Origin: a virus
Taxonomy: Duplodnaviria; Caudoviricetes
IMG/VR virus record: IMGVR_UViG_3300046804_001768
Span: 1 to 58,980 of that record
DNA: 58,980 nucleotides
Reading direction: 5' to 3' (one strand)
In this document: one piece after another, positions 9,304-20,400 of the stretch
Numbering within the stretch: the stretch's first letter is position 1
Layout of the letters: every line of letters starts with the position of its first letter
Translations under genes and position numbers: made by a program
The notes under the pieces: model-generated
The model's database searches: none
Seen by the model: the letters and a program-made list of their open reading frames with translations, nothing else
What the model was told of the DNA's origin: nothing

Positions 9304-10074
9304 TTAAGTCTCTAATGGGTAAATGTAAAGTGATGCGGTAACTGGTGCATCTGCCCCCGTGGTATTCTGTACAATATATGAGTAGGTATTAGTTCCAACA
9401 TAAGAACTATTCAAATTGTATGCTTCTAGTATCGGGGACATCTTATATCCATACGAAGCACTATCAACTAACATATCAACAATTAATTTTGAATTATCTT
9501 CTGGTAACGTACCGATTGCTCGTACCTTTTCATTGAGAGGAATGCCAGAATCTACCGAGTATAATCGGATTCGACTGAGAGTATTTGCACTAGCGCTCAT
9601 AATAATGAACGCCTTTGGCGCGGTAAATGTCCCTTCGTGAATAACACTATTTGCTAATGCATATTGCTGAATGGTAATGGTTTGTCGGTCAGTAAATTGT
9701 TCAATCGGATAGTACGTGAATGTGACATTTGTACCACCGGACCCACTTATATTATACCACGTTTGACCACCAACAAATGTTGACCCCAATACTGGTGGGT
9801 CTAGAGTTAAACTCAAATCATTATCTAATGTTGCATCAAAAGTTAACCCCACAGAGGCACTGATATTTAATGATGCACTAGGGCGAAGGTCATCAATCGC
9901 AACACTTGCACTATCCGAGTAGAGTCTAACTCGACACGGATTATTTGCTGTCACCCCAAGTAGAACGTAACTTGGACCTAACGTTGTAGTACTTGATGAA
10001 GGTGGACTGTTGGTTAATGTTACCGTTTGACGGGTAAACAACGCCCCACTTTGAATTTGTTCTAATAAACCCAT
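9304..10074 (-). CDS. Putative virion/fibre-associated protein with an internal duplication
   Basis: Two similar halves (CRVRLYSDSAS..IDDLR and SRIRLYSVDS..NEKVR), with an upstream TATTTATA motif. Confidence 0.55.
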   Translation of the reverse strand: MGLLEQIQSGALFTRQTVTLTNSPPSSSTTTLGPSYVLLGVTANNPCRVRLYSDSASVAIDDLRPSASLNISASVGLTFDATLDNDLSLTLDPPVLGSTFVGGQTWYNISGSGGTNVTFTYYPIEQFTDRQTITIQQYALANSVIHEGTFTAPKAFIIMSASANTLSRIRLYSVDSGIPLNEKVRAIGTLPEDNSKLIVDMLVDSASYGYKMSPILEAYNLNSSYVGTNTYSYIVQNTTGADAPVTASLYIYPLET

Positions 10075-10100
10075 GTGGTTTTCCTATAGAATGGTACCAC

Positions 10101-10108
10101 TATAAATA
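10101..10108 (-). promoter_or_regulatory. Putative late promoter motif TATTTATA
   Basis: About 27 bp upstream of the 9304-10074 gene. Confidence 0.6.
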
Positions 10109-10135
10109 TCTAATCTACCTAATAATATACAAATT

Positions 10136-10723
10136 TTACCGATAATGGTCACCACCAAGCCACAATACGAACGACCGACGAACCCCTTGGGTTACAGGGG
10201 TAACTCTATGCATCATATAAGACGGGAAAATAACTACATTTCCACGGCCTCTAGGAGCTATATCTGCGGAGTCACCACCTTTCCAAATCTCTAAGTCTCC
10301 ACCTTTATAATCATCGGTATCCGATAATTGTACGGTAATAGACACTTTTCGAATGGATAGTCCGCCTGGTCCTATATCTTGATGCCACCCATAGTGACCA
10401 GCAGCAGAAGCATGGTATTCTGTATACTGAATCATTTCCGGTGCCGAATATAATTCAAAATTCCACAATATGTCATTTGCTTCTACCGCCATATTGAGTA
10501 ACTTGGTGTATAACCAGTCCCATTTATCTACTTGTGGTATCCATTTAATTGACGATGACCGAATCGATTTATCGTTTCCCGCTGTCGTTGCTTCGTGAAA
10601 CGGTAATTCTGCTACGTCATTATAAATTTTGTTAAGTTCTTCGCTTGAGAATCCTTGATTAAACCAATAATAATTCTGAGGGTCTGGTACGTGTTTTCTT
10701 GGAAATACATAATGTTTTTGCAT
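10136..10723 (-). CDS. 2OG-Fe(II) oxygenase (prolyl-hydroxylase/PKHD-like)
   Basis: WHQD (HxD), RKVSITVQLS, YKGGDL, FPSYMMHRVTPV and RRSFVLW. Confidence 0.9.
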   Translation of the reverse strand: MQKHYVFPRKHVPDPQNYYWFNQGFSSEELNKIYNDVAELPFHEATTAGNDKSIRSSSIKWIPQVDKWDWLYTKLLNMAVEANDILWNFELYSAPEMIQYTEYHASAAGHYGWHQDIGPGGLSIRKVSITVQLSDTDDYKGGDLEIWKGGDSADIAPRGRGNVVIFPSYMMHRVTPVTQGVRRSFVLWLGGDHYR

Positions 10724-10745
10724 ACTACTCTCCTATTCAAATTTA

Positions 10746-13700
10746 TTACCACGTTTTCACGGTTCTGTCTAATAAAGAATACCCATCTGCTTGTCTACTA
10801 TATACCTTGTTGGTAGTATATCTCAATTGCGGATGGTGACAGAAGATATGGTTGAACCACAGGTCACCCACATCCCATTCACAATCTTGAATCCGTGCGG
10901 TCCACCAATTTTTATGACGATTTGCTACTAGATAACAATGAGCAAGGTCTTGGTGGTGTGCTGTTTTACTGAATAATCCATCGACGGTATCTTTTGCTCC
11001 CGAGGGGTTGTTAGCGAAAGAAATATGATATACATTGTCTCGTTCAGAAATAAAACATGCTTTGTGTACGATATTTACGAATTCTTCTACCCCAACACTC
11101 AGATAGGCGTCTGCCTCAAAAATGAGTGTATAATCGTAATTAATATCATCCATACTTGCAACCGCATTTCTATGAGCGAGATAACATCCGTAATGTCTTC
11201 CTGTTATCTTCCCCAATCCCTTGTTATTTTGAAATTCTCCCGGCGTACTATCAATATCATCCGGTCGTCTGCACATTTCTTTTGGTGGTAATCCTTCATA
11301 AACTTCGTTGACGATTGGTTGATAGTCCATCCCATACTTTTGTAATTGCTTAATCGATTCTGCACTTACAATTTCTCGTAAATCATCTGGACGAGTCAAC
11401 ATATGTTTGATTTGGATACGTGGCTTTCTTCTGATGAATGAGTACCCCTTTCTCTCAAACTGTCCGTAGAAAAACTCATCTGCGGCTCGGGTGACCCCTT
11501 CAAATACGGTATAATCATCACCACTAATAATACCACCAGCCTTTACCTTGTTATACCATGTGAGTAAGTCATCCATCAATGCGTCATACGAATGTCCTGC
11601 GTCAATCATAATAAAATCAATACTATTATTAGCGAATTGATTTGCAGCATTTCGTGAGGTGTCCTTAATCAAATTAAATGTTCTATGATTATTTGACTTG
11701 ACCGTATTCTTGATAAACTCAGGAAAGATGTCCCCGCCATATCCACTTACGACTTCTTGATGTGACTGTTCATCGTCGGTTCCTTTCCACGTATCAATGG
11801 TAGTAAACTGTATCGGTTTCTTTGAGTCCGTAATTCTCCGTGCCATATGGTTAGTTGATTTTCCTAACCATGCCCCAATCTCAACAAAAGTTTCTCCACC
11901 AACAGCGGAGTCCACTACGTCATTATATAATTCCTCATAGGAAAACCACCCAGGAATATCGGAGTCGGTCTTATTGAAAAACTTTTCCAATTCGTCGATT
12001 ACCGTTTGTCCCGTGATATTTTTTGAACATTCATAGTGTCGAGGAGTATTCTTGTGGTCGGGGCACCAATGCCAGTCTCCAGCATCCAATCGTACTCTGT
12101 TAAAACATCCACTACAGCTTCCCTTTGGAGCAGTGATACGGATGCACTCCTGCATTTCTGATATTGGGTCGGAGAACCCACTGATAATCATTGTTGGAAC
12201 ATTTAATGCCCAACTTACCCAACTCAATCCACTTCCTAATCCAATAAACAATACGGACTTCTTCAATTCTTCCATTACACTTTCTAGTGAAGATGCGGGA
12301 TGATGTTCTATCCCCTTCGGATGAGAATTGCCCATATATCCATCGTGTTCGTTTGACAATAACTTTACGGTATATCCCTTGGACTTCAGATAATCTACAA
12401 CTTCCTGCCACCCCGTAGGATTGTTCCAGTATTTAGCCTGGGTGGTAGAATGGAATCCAATAGTGACCAAATTAGAATCTTTTTGTACTTGTGGTTGCTT
12501 GACCAAAGGACGTATTTCTCTATAGGGTAATCCTAAGATATCCGACGAAATCTGTTGTAACGGTTTTACCAACGGATTTGAAGGATGTAAATTGTAATCT
12601 AACTGATTATGTTCTGTATAGAACAATCCGATGCGATACAATGCCGCTAATTCATGTACCACTTCCGATGGTTCTACGAATTGAATTTCTGGATATTGTT
12701 CAGTGAATAACTTATTAAAGAACGTCGAGCAGATAAGTGTACAGTTATGCTTTTTTCTAAATTCTTCGGCGTATGGAATCCACGCCAACGTGTCTCCCAA
12801 CGACTTTGATTCTAGACTTATGTATACTCGTTGCCATGCCAGATTCAAATCATGCGTGTACGTGTACGATGAATTGATATCTTGTATCTCGACTCTCCAA
12901 TCTACGAAATATTTCTTAGATGGTTTTACCCAACTATTATTGTTTACTGTCGTTTCATATACGACTTCGTTGGTAGACTTATCGATACACTTAATATTGT
13001 ATTGTGTTACCGGACCACCAACGATTTCCACAAATAATCCGTCTACATTATGAATTTTAACCACAGGCGTTCCTACCCTTGGGGTTTTGACAGTTTTCTT
13101 GTAGTGTTTGATTAATTGTTCTTTCATAGTTGCCGACCTATCTGCTTCGTAAATAGTGAGAAATTCTTTTGCTTGATTACTCCAACTCAACTGTTCTGCT
13201 TGTTGTCGTGCAGTCGTGCTATATTCATCATAGTTACTAATAATACGTTCAATACCGGCGGTGACCTCATCAACGTCCCGAGTAACAATAATCATCCCAT
13301 TTAATGAATTATTGGGTTCAAACGTTCCTACTACGGGTAACCCACATGCCATTGCTTCAGTTAATGTCAAGTTTGGGTGACCCGCTTCAAGTTCCGAAGG
13401 ATGTAGGAATATTGTATGCGTGTGATATGCCTCTAACAGTTCTTCTTCTGACAAATCATATCGAATCGTCAACTTATCATACTCTACTGGATTATTATCA
13501 AAATATAATTGATTGTTTTTCGGACCAGCGACCGTAATCGGTAATCCTAGTCGTTTTGCTGCTGCGATAGCAATACCAAACCCCTTTCTATCTTCTGATG
13601 GATTGTGTTGGTATCCGTTGTTCGCAACACACAATAACCGATGTTCTGTCGGTTTAACTGTCGGTGGTGCAAAGTAATCTGTATTTACTCCATACGGCGA

Positions 13701-14063
13701 GTATTCTGGAACTCCTTCGAAATAGTCCACCAAATACTTTCCACCAACAAATGTTCTGATAGAGTTTTTCATCGCAGTCATATTTGTCTTGAAGATATGA
13801 TAATCTTTTCCATACAAATATGCATGGTGGTCACTCATTGTAAAATAATACGGGATACCTCGTTCGTGTGCTAGATTTGCTAAATTCCCAACGTGAATGT
13901 GTACGATATCCTCGTCACCCGTGAGTTCGTCTAAATAGACAATCTTAGAATCGTGACCTTCTTTGAGAAAATTACAATGCAGTTCCCATATTAATTTTTC
14001 AATAGCTCCCCATCCTTTTGGTGGAATCGGGAGGATGCCGGGTGTGACTTGGGCAATCTTCAT
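10746..14063 (-). CDS. Multidomain glycosyltransferase: GT4 + AAH/TibC-like O-heptosyltransferase + class I methyltransferase + C-terminal GT-like domain
   Basis: GT4: IPPKGWGAIE and EAMACGLPVV. Heptosyltransferase-like: SKSLGDTLAWIPY, AKYWNNPTGWQEVVDYL, FIGLGSGLSW and CSGCFN..WCP..C. Methyltransferase: VEIGAWLGKS, IDAGHSY and GDDY. C-terminal domain: HYGCYLAH and LIFEADA. Confidence 0.85.
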   Translation of the reverse strand: MKIAQVTPGILPIPPKGWGAIEKLIWELHCNFLKEGHDSKIVYLDELTGDEDIVHIHVGNLANLAHERGIPYYFTMSDHHAYLYGKDYHIFKTNMTAMKNSIRTFVGGKYLVDYFEGVPEYSPYGVNTDYFAPPTVKPTEHRLLCVANNGYQHNPSEDRKGFGIAIAAAKRLGLPITVAGPKNNQLYFDNNPVEYDKLTIRYDLSEEELLEAYHTHTIFLHPSELEAGHPNLTLTEAMACGLPVVGTFEPNNSLNGMIIVTRDVDEVTAGIERIISNYDEYSTTARQQAEQLSWSNQAKEFLTIYEADRSATMKEQLIKHYKKTVKTPRVGTPVVKIHNVDGLFVEIVGGPVTQYNIKCIDKSTNEVVYETTVNNNSWVKPSKKYFVDWRVEIQDINSSYTYTHDLNLAWQRVYISLESKSLGDTLAWIPYAEEFRKKHNCTLICSTFFNKLFTEQYPEIQFVEPSEVVHELAALYRIGLFYTEHNQLDYNLHPSNPLVKPLQQISSDILGLPYREIRPLVKQPQVQKDSNLVTIGFHSTTQAKYWNNPTGWQEVVDYLKSKGYTVKLLSNEHDGYMGNSHPKGIEHHPASSLESVMEELKKSVLFIGLGSGLSWVSWALNVPTMIISGFSDPISEMQECIRITAPKGSCSGCFNRVRLDAGDWHWCPDHKNTPRHYECSKNITGQTVIDELEKFFNKTDSDIPGWFSYEELYNDVVDSAVGGETFVEIGAWLGKSTNHMARRITDSKKPIQFTTIDTWKGTDDEQSHQEVVSGYGGDIFPEFIKNTVKSNNHRTFNLIKDTSRNAANQFANNSIDFIMIDAGHSYDALMDDLLTWYNKVKAGGIISGDDYTVFEGVTRAADEFFYGQFERKGYSFIRRKPRIQIKHMLTRPDDLREIVSAESIKQLQKYGMDYQPIVNEVYEGLPPKEMCRRPDDIDSTPGEFQNNKGLGKITGRHYGCYLAHRNAVASMDDINYDYTLIFEADAYLSVGVEEFVNIVHKACFISERDNVYHISFANNPSGAKDTVDGLFSKTAHHQDLAHCYLVANRHKNWWTARIQDCEWDVGDLWFNHIFCHHPQLRYTTNKVYSRQADGYSLLDRTVKTW

Positions 14064-16030
14064 ACACGTACCTTTGTAGCGTATAAGACTTCACTTACAT
14101 CTACTAACTTACCTGGGTTTGGATTGATTTCTTCCACGATATACCCCAACGTGCTTAATCGGTTCTTGAGCTTATCGAACCGTTGCTTATAACCTTCTTC
14201 AAAGAAATGACATTCAACCATCAAATGGTTGATATGTGAGAATACTTCATCCTTTGCTTGGAACAGAATTTCATATTCTGCTCCTTCGATGTCAATTTTG
14301 ATTAAATCGATTGTGCCGTAGGTGTTTACCAATTGTTCTAATGTAATCGTGTCTACGGTTAATGTGTTATCACTTTGTAATCCCGCACCGTGCCCCACGA
14401 TACGGTCGGGGGATAGGGTGGTACTGACTACTGGGTTTTCGGTAAACTGATAGAAGGTAATCGGGTCTTCCGAATAGTGTAATGCCTTTGGAATAATCGT
14501 TACGTTCTTAGTCCGCTTGAAGTTGCGTTGTAAGTCCTTTAAAGCAATACTATCACATTCAACCGCAACAACTTCTTGGGCATATCCTCTACTTAACATA
14601 TATTCAGTAAATACCCCGGCGTTCGCTCCTACATCCACCACCAACCCGTATTGATGGTCAGTGCATCTACTAAACTTTCCTTGTACAAAGAATTCTACAT
14701 AATTTAACCGATATGGTATAAAATTACTTAATGATACTGTGGGAACATTAACGAATTTATGAAAGAACGGCTGTTCGAATATCTGCTCTTCCGTGTCTTT
14801 TCTGTAAATACAGAACTTAATCCCTGTGAAATGCGGGTCATGTTCGTATGAGTGATGATGTTTACTAATCGGCAACATCCAGTAATTTACCCCAGCAACA
14901 ATAGAATCTAAATTACTTGCCCACAGTACGGCATCTGACTTATATTCTTTAATGCTGACAATAACCGGGAAGTCTACTTGCTTCTGGCATGAATAATATA
15001 CTTTTTGTTCTTCTAAATTCCACTCTACTGAAAATCCGTAATCCATTTTGAAACTCCGTGTATTCGGTATATTAAGTACATCTAAAATCTTTCCTGCGTT
15101 TTCCTCTATATTATCATTCAAGTAATTGATGGTGGGATATTTGTTGAAATAATTGAGATATACTGGAAGGTTATATATCAATGATGGTGCTTTCCAACTC
15201 AATGCTTCACGAATGACCAACGGCATCGTTTCGTGGTCCGTATTGTGTCCCCGTGATGTAAAGAGAAATAAGTCTGCTGCTTCGTAAAACTTATCTACAT
15301 CATCTCGTTCATTCCACCACTTACAATTGGGTGGAAAATGTTTCATTAATGGACCCCAATAATACTCAAAGTTTTCCGCTTGGTTCCCCAAGAAATGAAA
15401 CTGGATTGGGTAGTCTTTCAACATCTTTGCATATTCAATCACTTCCGCTTGATTCTTCCGTGGGGTGAATAGTCCGACATTGATTACGTGCTTAAGATTG
15501 GGGTCTAATCCCAACTCTTGTAATGCTTCTTCCCGTGTCTTTGTTCTGATTTTATTTTCAATCGGATATTCTACAACCGCACACGGAACTCCCAAGGGCC
15601 GATATCGGTTCTCTTGGTATTTACTGACCATTAAAAACTTGTCAGGAAGGTATATCTTTTGTGTCGTATCAAAACTTGAGTCGTGGGAAGTTTCGATTAA
15701 TTTATACGACCGGTCTATATGATATAATTTTTGTGCAACATCATGTGACATAAACAGTTCAGGAATTTCCTGAATATGAATAATGTCTGGTTGCAGTTGT
15801 TCGATGACTGTAAATAATTGATGTTTATCTTCTGGAAGCGTAATCAGTCTGTCACCTAATAGGTTAACTACCCGATTACGTTGGATGACCAGCACTCCTC
15901 CCGTAACATTTTCCCATTCAATGCAGTATACATCGAAGTCATCAACTAATGACTCCATTTGCTTGAACAAATATTGTGGAAGGCCGCCCGTTGAGAGATG
16001 GGGAGCAATAAATAATATTTTTTCTTTCAT
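14060..16030 (-). CDS. GT4 glycosyltransferase fused to an FkbM-family methyltransferase
   Basis: PHLSTGGLPQY, NVGLFTPRKNQ and ETMPLVIREA; C-terminal VDVGANAGVF and IKIDIEGAEY. Confidence 0.85.
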   Translation of the reverse strand: MKEKILFIAPHLSTGGLPQYLFKQMESLVDDFDVYCIEWENVTGGVLVIQRNRVVNLLGDRLITLPEDKHQLFTVIEQLQPDIIHIQEIPELFMSHDVAQKLYHIDRSYKLIETSHDSSFDTTQKIYLPDKFLMVSKYQENRYRPLGVPCAVVEYPIENKIRTKTREEALQELGLDPNLKHVINVGLFTPRKNQAEVIEYAKMLKDYPIQFHFLGNQAENFEYYWGPLMKHFPPNCKWWNERDDVDKFYEAADLFLFTSRGHNTDHETMPLVIREALSWKAPSLIYNLPVYLNYFNKYPTINYLNDNIEENAGKILDVLNIPNTRSFKMDYGFSVEWNLEEQKVYYSCQKQVDFPVIVSIKEYKSDAVLWASNLDSIVAGVNYWMLPISKHHHSYEHDPHFTGIKFCIYRKDTEEQIFEQPFFHKFVNVPTVSLSNFIPYRLNYVEFFVQGKFSRCTDHQYGLVVDVGANAGVFTEYMLSRGYAQEVVAVECDSIALKDLQRNFKRTKNVTIIPKALHYSEDPITFYQFTENPVVSTTLSPDRIVGHGAGLQSDNTLTVDTITLEQLVNTYGTIDLIKIDIEGAEYEILFQAKDEVFSHINHLMVECHFFEEGYKQRFDKLKNRLSTLGYIVEEINPNPGKLVDVSEVLYATKVRV

Positions 16031-16053
16031 ATGTAACCCTTATATTATACTAT

Positions 16054-16082
16054 AACTTATCTATAAATAGATGATTTGTCAA
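16054..16082 (-). promoter_or_regulatory. Composite promoter of the glycosyltransferase operon
   Basis: TTGACA-17 bp-TAAGTT, with a TATTTATA motif (16062-16069) inside the spacer. Confidence 0.5.
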
Positions 16083-16092
16083 GGGGAAATAC

Positions 16093-16123
16093 AAAACTAC
16101 CCATCCAACGGACAGGTAGTTTT
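16093..16123 (-). terminator. Rho-independent terminator
   Basis: AAAACTACC...GGTAGTTTT inverted repeat downstream of the 16145-16576 gene. Confidence 0.6.
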
Positions 16124-16144
16124 ATACTAAAATATTCATTTTTA

Positions 16145-16576
16145 TTAAACGAGCTTTAATTCTTGAACTGGTTCATCTTTCATTAGAGGAACCAACGCAT
16201 TTAATATCGCAGGTTCTAATTCCATCGTATCTGGGAATTCTGACAACTTGAATTCTACGTTATGCACTTCAACGGTTTGTAACAAAATGTCATCCATTTC
16301 TTTATTGACAATCGTAATCTTGTCGTTTGGAATTTGAAGGGTGTTCGGAATAGTATTACCATCCTTGTCTACTGCTTCGACCAAATTATCTAAATGGTCA
16401 CGGAGAGCATACTTCAACCGAATTTCCTTCAACGGTCCTTCTACTGCTTTTGCAAATGGTTCGAGACTACGCATAGCGGTAGTGACTCTCCAGGCGAGCT
16501 TGAATGGAAGCTTTTGTTGACCTAATGAACTAAGTGCTTGAACTGCATTTAAAACCTGAACGTTCGTTAACTGCAT
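16145..16576 (-). CDS. Hypothetical phage protein
   Basis: 143-aa ORF with a GGAGGT RBS and an upstream TTGACA-16 bp-TATACT promoter. Confidence 0.7.
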   Translation of the reverse strand: MQLTNVQVLNAVQALSSLGQQKLPFKLAWRVTTAMRSLEPFAKAVEGPLKEIRLKYALRDHLDNLVEAVDKDGNTIPNTLQIPNDKITIVNKEMDDILLQTVEVHNVEFKLSEFPDTMELEPAILNALVPLMKDEPVQELKLV

Positions 16577-16675
16577 TTGTAACCTCCAAATATATTAATT
16601 AATAGGTTGGTATATACCCGTTTATAAGTATATAGTTTTTATAAAGTTTGTCAAGTACCCAATAAATATTGTATA

Positions 16676-16987
16676 TTAAATACAGCTTGCTGGGAAATTA
16701 CAATCGTTTACACCGTAACAGAAACACCCATTGTTGTAACACGGAGCTGAGCATGTGTTTGAAAGACATTGACATCCCACCGTAGTTGTAGTCGCACTAT
16801 GATTATATCCGTACCATTCACTCATACTGGCTGGGTTTCCGGACGAAGGATAAAATGGTGAATAGGTATTAATTGCAACATACCCTCCATTTTCTGCTGT
16901 ATCCAGAGAAAACGGTGCTTGACTTGTTACCGTCAATTCTGTACGTATTTGGGACATCGCAATTTGTCCAGACGAAGGTAATACCAT
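16676..16987 (-). CDS. Putative fibre-tip/adhesin-like small protein with Cys-rich C-terminus
   Basis: The N-terminal motif MVLPSSGQIAMSQIRTEL...SMSEWYGY is typical of genes following tail fibres; the tail is Cys-rich. Confidence 0.55.
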   Translation of the reverse strand: MVLPSSGQIAMSQIRTELTVTSQAPFSLDTAENGGYVAINTYSPFYPSSGNPASMSEWYGYNHSATTTTVGCQCLSNTCSAPCYNNGCFCYGVNDCNFPASCI

Positions 16988-16990
16988 ATA

Positions 16991-17365
16991 TTATACAGAT
17001 CCGGTAATCGGTGCTGGCGATGGACCTGCAAGATTTTGTCCCCAAGGTGCGGTGTCAACATCTCCCCACGGGTCATTCTTCTTAGTGATTTGCTTTTGAA
17101 TTTGTTCGTTCACGTGTTGTTCATATGTTCCTACAACCACGGCTTGAACCCATCCTAAGACTTGTTCTTTGGTTAAATCTTCATAGGCGGTAAAACTTCC
17201 ACTATTTGGTGCAGATAATGGGGTAGCACCTTGGAATTCACCTGTTGTACCATTTTCATCTGTGCCAGTTTTCTTCCAACGAACATGAACCAATACATTG
17301 TTCATTCCATTAAGTTGAGGTGCCTTCCGAAGATTGGTGATTTCCCACGTGTATGTAATTGCCAT
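16991..17365 (-). CDS. Tail fibre-associated protein (paralog of 20864-21247)
   Basis: MAITYTWEI...VHVRW...FTAYEDLTKEQVLGWV...PW, following an S74-type fibre gene. Confidence 0.65.
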   Translation of the reverse strand: MAITYTWEITNLRKAPQLNGMNNVLVHVRWKKTGTDENGTTGEFQGATPLSAPNSGSFTAYEDLTKEQVLGWVQAVVVGTYEQHVNEQIQKQITKKNDPWGDVDTAPWGQNLAGPSPAPITGSV

Positions 17366-17404
17366 TGTGTTTCTCCTACCAGGTTATCTGGTTCTGTTTG
17401 AGAA

Positions 17405-20400
17405 TTATAAATTATTTATACGACTTTCCAGCTCTTCAATCTTTGCTTGTTGTTCCTTGATGGCTTGCACCAACACAGGAACCAACCTGTTGTAATCCAA
17501 CGTCAGATAATTTTCACCAGATTTTGAAAACTGCCGCGGATTTTGTTCGTCGCTGAAATCTGTCCCGATATCGAACGGAGCCAATTTCACCAACTGCGGA
17601 AACGTTGCCTGAACCTCTTGCGCACTCAATCCGATTTGCTCCTCCGAACTGGCGAACCCAAAAGAATTGGCAACATCATTGTCCATATATCTGAATGGCA
17701 CCCAAGTTTTCACCACATTGAGCGCGCCGTCAAGAGTGCCCGTCTTTCTTTTAAGTCGTTCATCGGAATAATACGAGTTGACTGCCTGAACAACGTTGAG
17801 GTTTTTGTTATATGTCAACGTCATACCTTCGCCGCGATGGTCGGGGTAACCCGAACCAGCAAATCCAGTCACAAATGTTGTCTGAATTGAACCGATGGTC
17901 ATCCCGCCACCCGAAGTGAAACAAATTTGCCCGCTATTTCCGCCATCTTCGCCCGTTGCGCCGCCATCTATGTAGTATCTACCACCATCTACTCGAATAT
18001 TTACTATTCGGGATGTACTGTTGGGGTCCACATAAAAACCGGTATCGTTATAATCATAGAAAATAGTAGCACGTAAGTCGCCAAAGTTTGTACCTGACGC
18101 TCCGCCTCCATTTATCCCACCATATAACCAGTTGTGTCCTGCAGAATAGATACCTGAGGGATGCCATGAAGCTGCACCAGTGCCGCCTACGTTACCATTT
18201 CCTTGATAAGAATATGCCTGTAGTGCATTGACATTTGAGGTACCATTTGGGTCTGTATAATATCCGGTGTTATTAGCGTCATAGAAAATAGTACCATCAA
18301 CACGCCCATCAAAATATCCACCCTTGACTACATATACACCATAGCTAGAATTGGTTGAGGATGTACCAATACCCATGCAACCATTACCAACATAGTAGTA
18401 GAAATACCAAAGACCGTTGCCTTCACGATAGACACCGCCGTTACCGGAACTATCATACATTCCAAAATTTACTCCACTATGGTCGGCCCACATACCACTA
18501 TAGCCATTTTTACTACCATTTATACGAAGTTGTGTATATGTGGATCCATTATTCGGATATAAATGTGCTCCATAGTTGTTCGGCCAATATAATCCATAGT
18601 TGCCGTCAAACTGAATCCAGTTGCTTGGACGGAAATATCCTCCTCCAGCTAAGATTAAATTGTACAGATAGGTGGTGGAGTTTGGGTCTATATAATAACC
18701 TGTATCATTATAATCGTAGAACAACGGTGCTCGCGCAGATGTTCTAAAATTTACATAACTACCGTCTTGGGTTGGATATGCTTGCATTGCCCAATCCCAG
18801 CTACTACCGTCAGTTGCCCCTCGACCAATGTACAATGACCATTTATCATCAATGTGATGTAGAACATATGCTTGTGCGCCAACTGTGGAACGTTGGCAAA
18901 TGGAAGCATATGAACTTCTAATGGTTAGTGTTTCATGCCCGGACGCATATGGAGATGAACCCCAAGCACCGGTAAGTTGCAAATATTTTAAATTACTTCC
19001 ATTATTTCCATCTACATAATAACCTGTATCACCACTATCATAGAAGATAGGTGCACGGGAAGATGCAGCACTGTATGAATTACCATCACCACTAATATAA
19101 AATGGAGATGTTGCGGCGTAATCAGTGTACGTTCTCTTATTTCGGAATACCCATTGGTCTTGATATGCGGTTTCAATATCATCAACTAATTCAAACACCA
19201 TACGTACATTATTTGATGATGGTGCTTCACCATAAATTCTCCATCCGTCATTATCACCAACGGTCTGTGATAACATATATGGTGGTGTACCAGACTGACC
19301 GCTCCCGTATGTGGTACCTACTGGATTTTGTGGAAGAGCAGCGGGACCGGCGGGACCAGTAGGCCCCGTAGGTCCAGTTGCGCCTGTCGGACCTGTTGCG
19401 CCGGTGGGTCCGGTTGGACCCGTTGGACCAGGTGACCCTGTAGCACCAGTAGGTCCGGTTGCTCCTTGTGGTCCGGTTGGTCCGGTTGCTCCAGCCGCCC
19501 CCGAAGTACCCGAGGTGCCGCTTGGTCCAGTTGGGCCTGTTGCTCCTTGTGGTCCTGTTGCACCAGTTGGGCCTGTTGAACCGGTCGGTCCTGTTGGTCC
19601 CGTAGCTCCCGATGTACCACTCGTACCACTTGCTCCAGTAGGTCCGGTAGCACCGGTTGCTCCTGATGTACCTGACGTTCCTCTGGTACCTGATGTTCCG
19701 GATGTACCATCTATTCCAGATGTGCCCGAAGTACCTCTAGTTCCAGAGGTTCCTGACGTGCCTTGTGCACCAGATGTACCTGCTGAGCCAGAAGTTCCCG
19801 ATGACCCGGATGTACCATCTATTCCAGATGTGCCAGAAGTACCTCTAGTACCTGATGTTCCTGACGTGCCTTGTGCACCAGATGTACCTGCTGAGCCAGA
19901 AGTTCCCGATGACCCACTACTACCACTACTACCACTACTGCCAGAGCTACCCGAACTACCATTTGCCCCACTTGTCCCTGCGGTACCACTTGTACCAGAT
20001 GGAGTTAATGCAAAGTTTGCGGTAGTTGCATAACTGGCGGTTCCAAAGAATCCGGCTGATGCAGTAACTCCACCCGTAAAGGTGTGAGTATCATCTGCAC
20101 TATTACCGAATTGGGTACTTCCTGACTTATATATGATAGAAGAAGAAACAAACTCTGTGTGATATTCTTCTGCGATAATACGACCACCGACTGTGAGGTT
20201 TTGTGGAAACGTATAATCTGATGCGGCAAAGGTGTTCCCCGAAAGTGAATTGAGTTGTACTTGGGAAGAATGGGAAACACTACCTTCTGGGAGGAATGCT
20301 TTGACTTGTGCGGAATGTGAAACAATATTTTGGGGAACTGCTGCGAGTCGATTGTACACAACCCCAGATAAATTTGCTCCACTTCCAGAAAATGACCCAG

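Noticed and set aside
19311-20033. Plus-strand ORFs rich in PVGP/PDVPEVP (also 23805-24332 and 30577-30831)
   Set aside because: These are antisense shadows of Gly-X-Y repeat codons, with no RBS and opposite to the uniform gene orientation.
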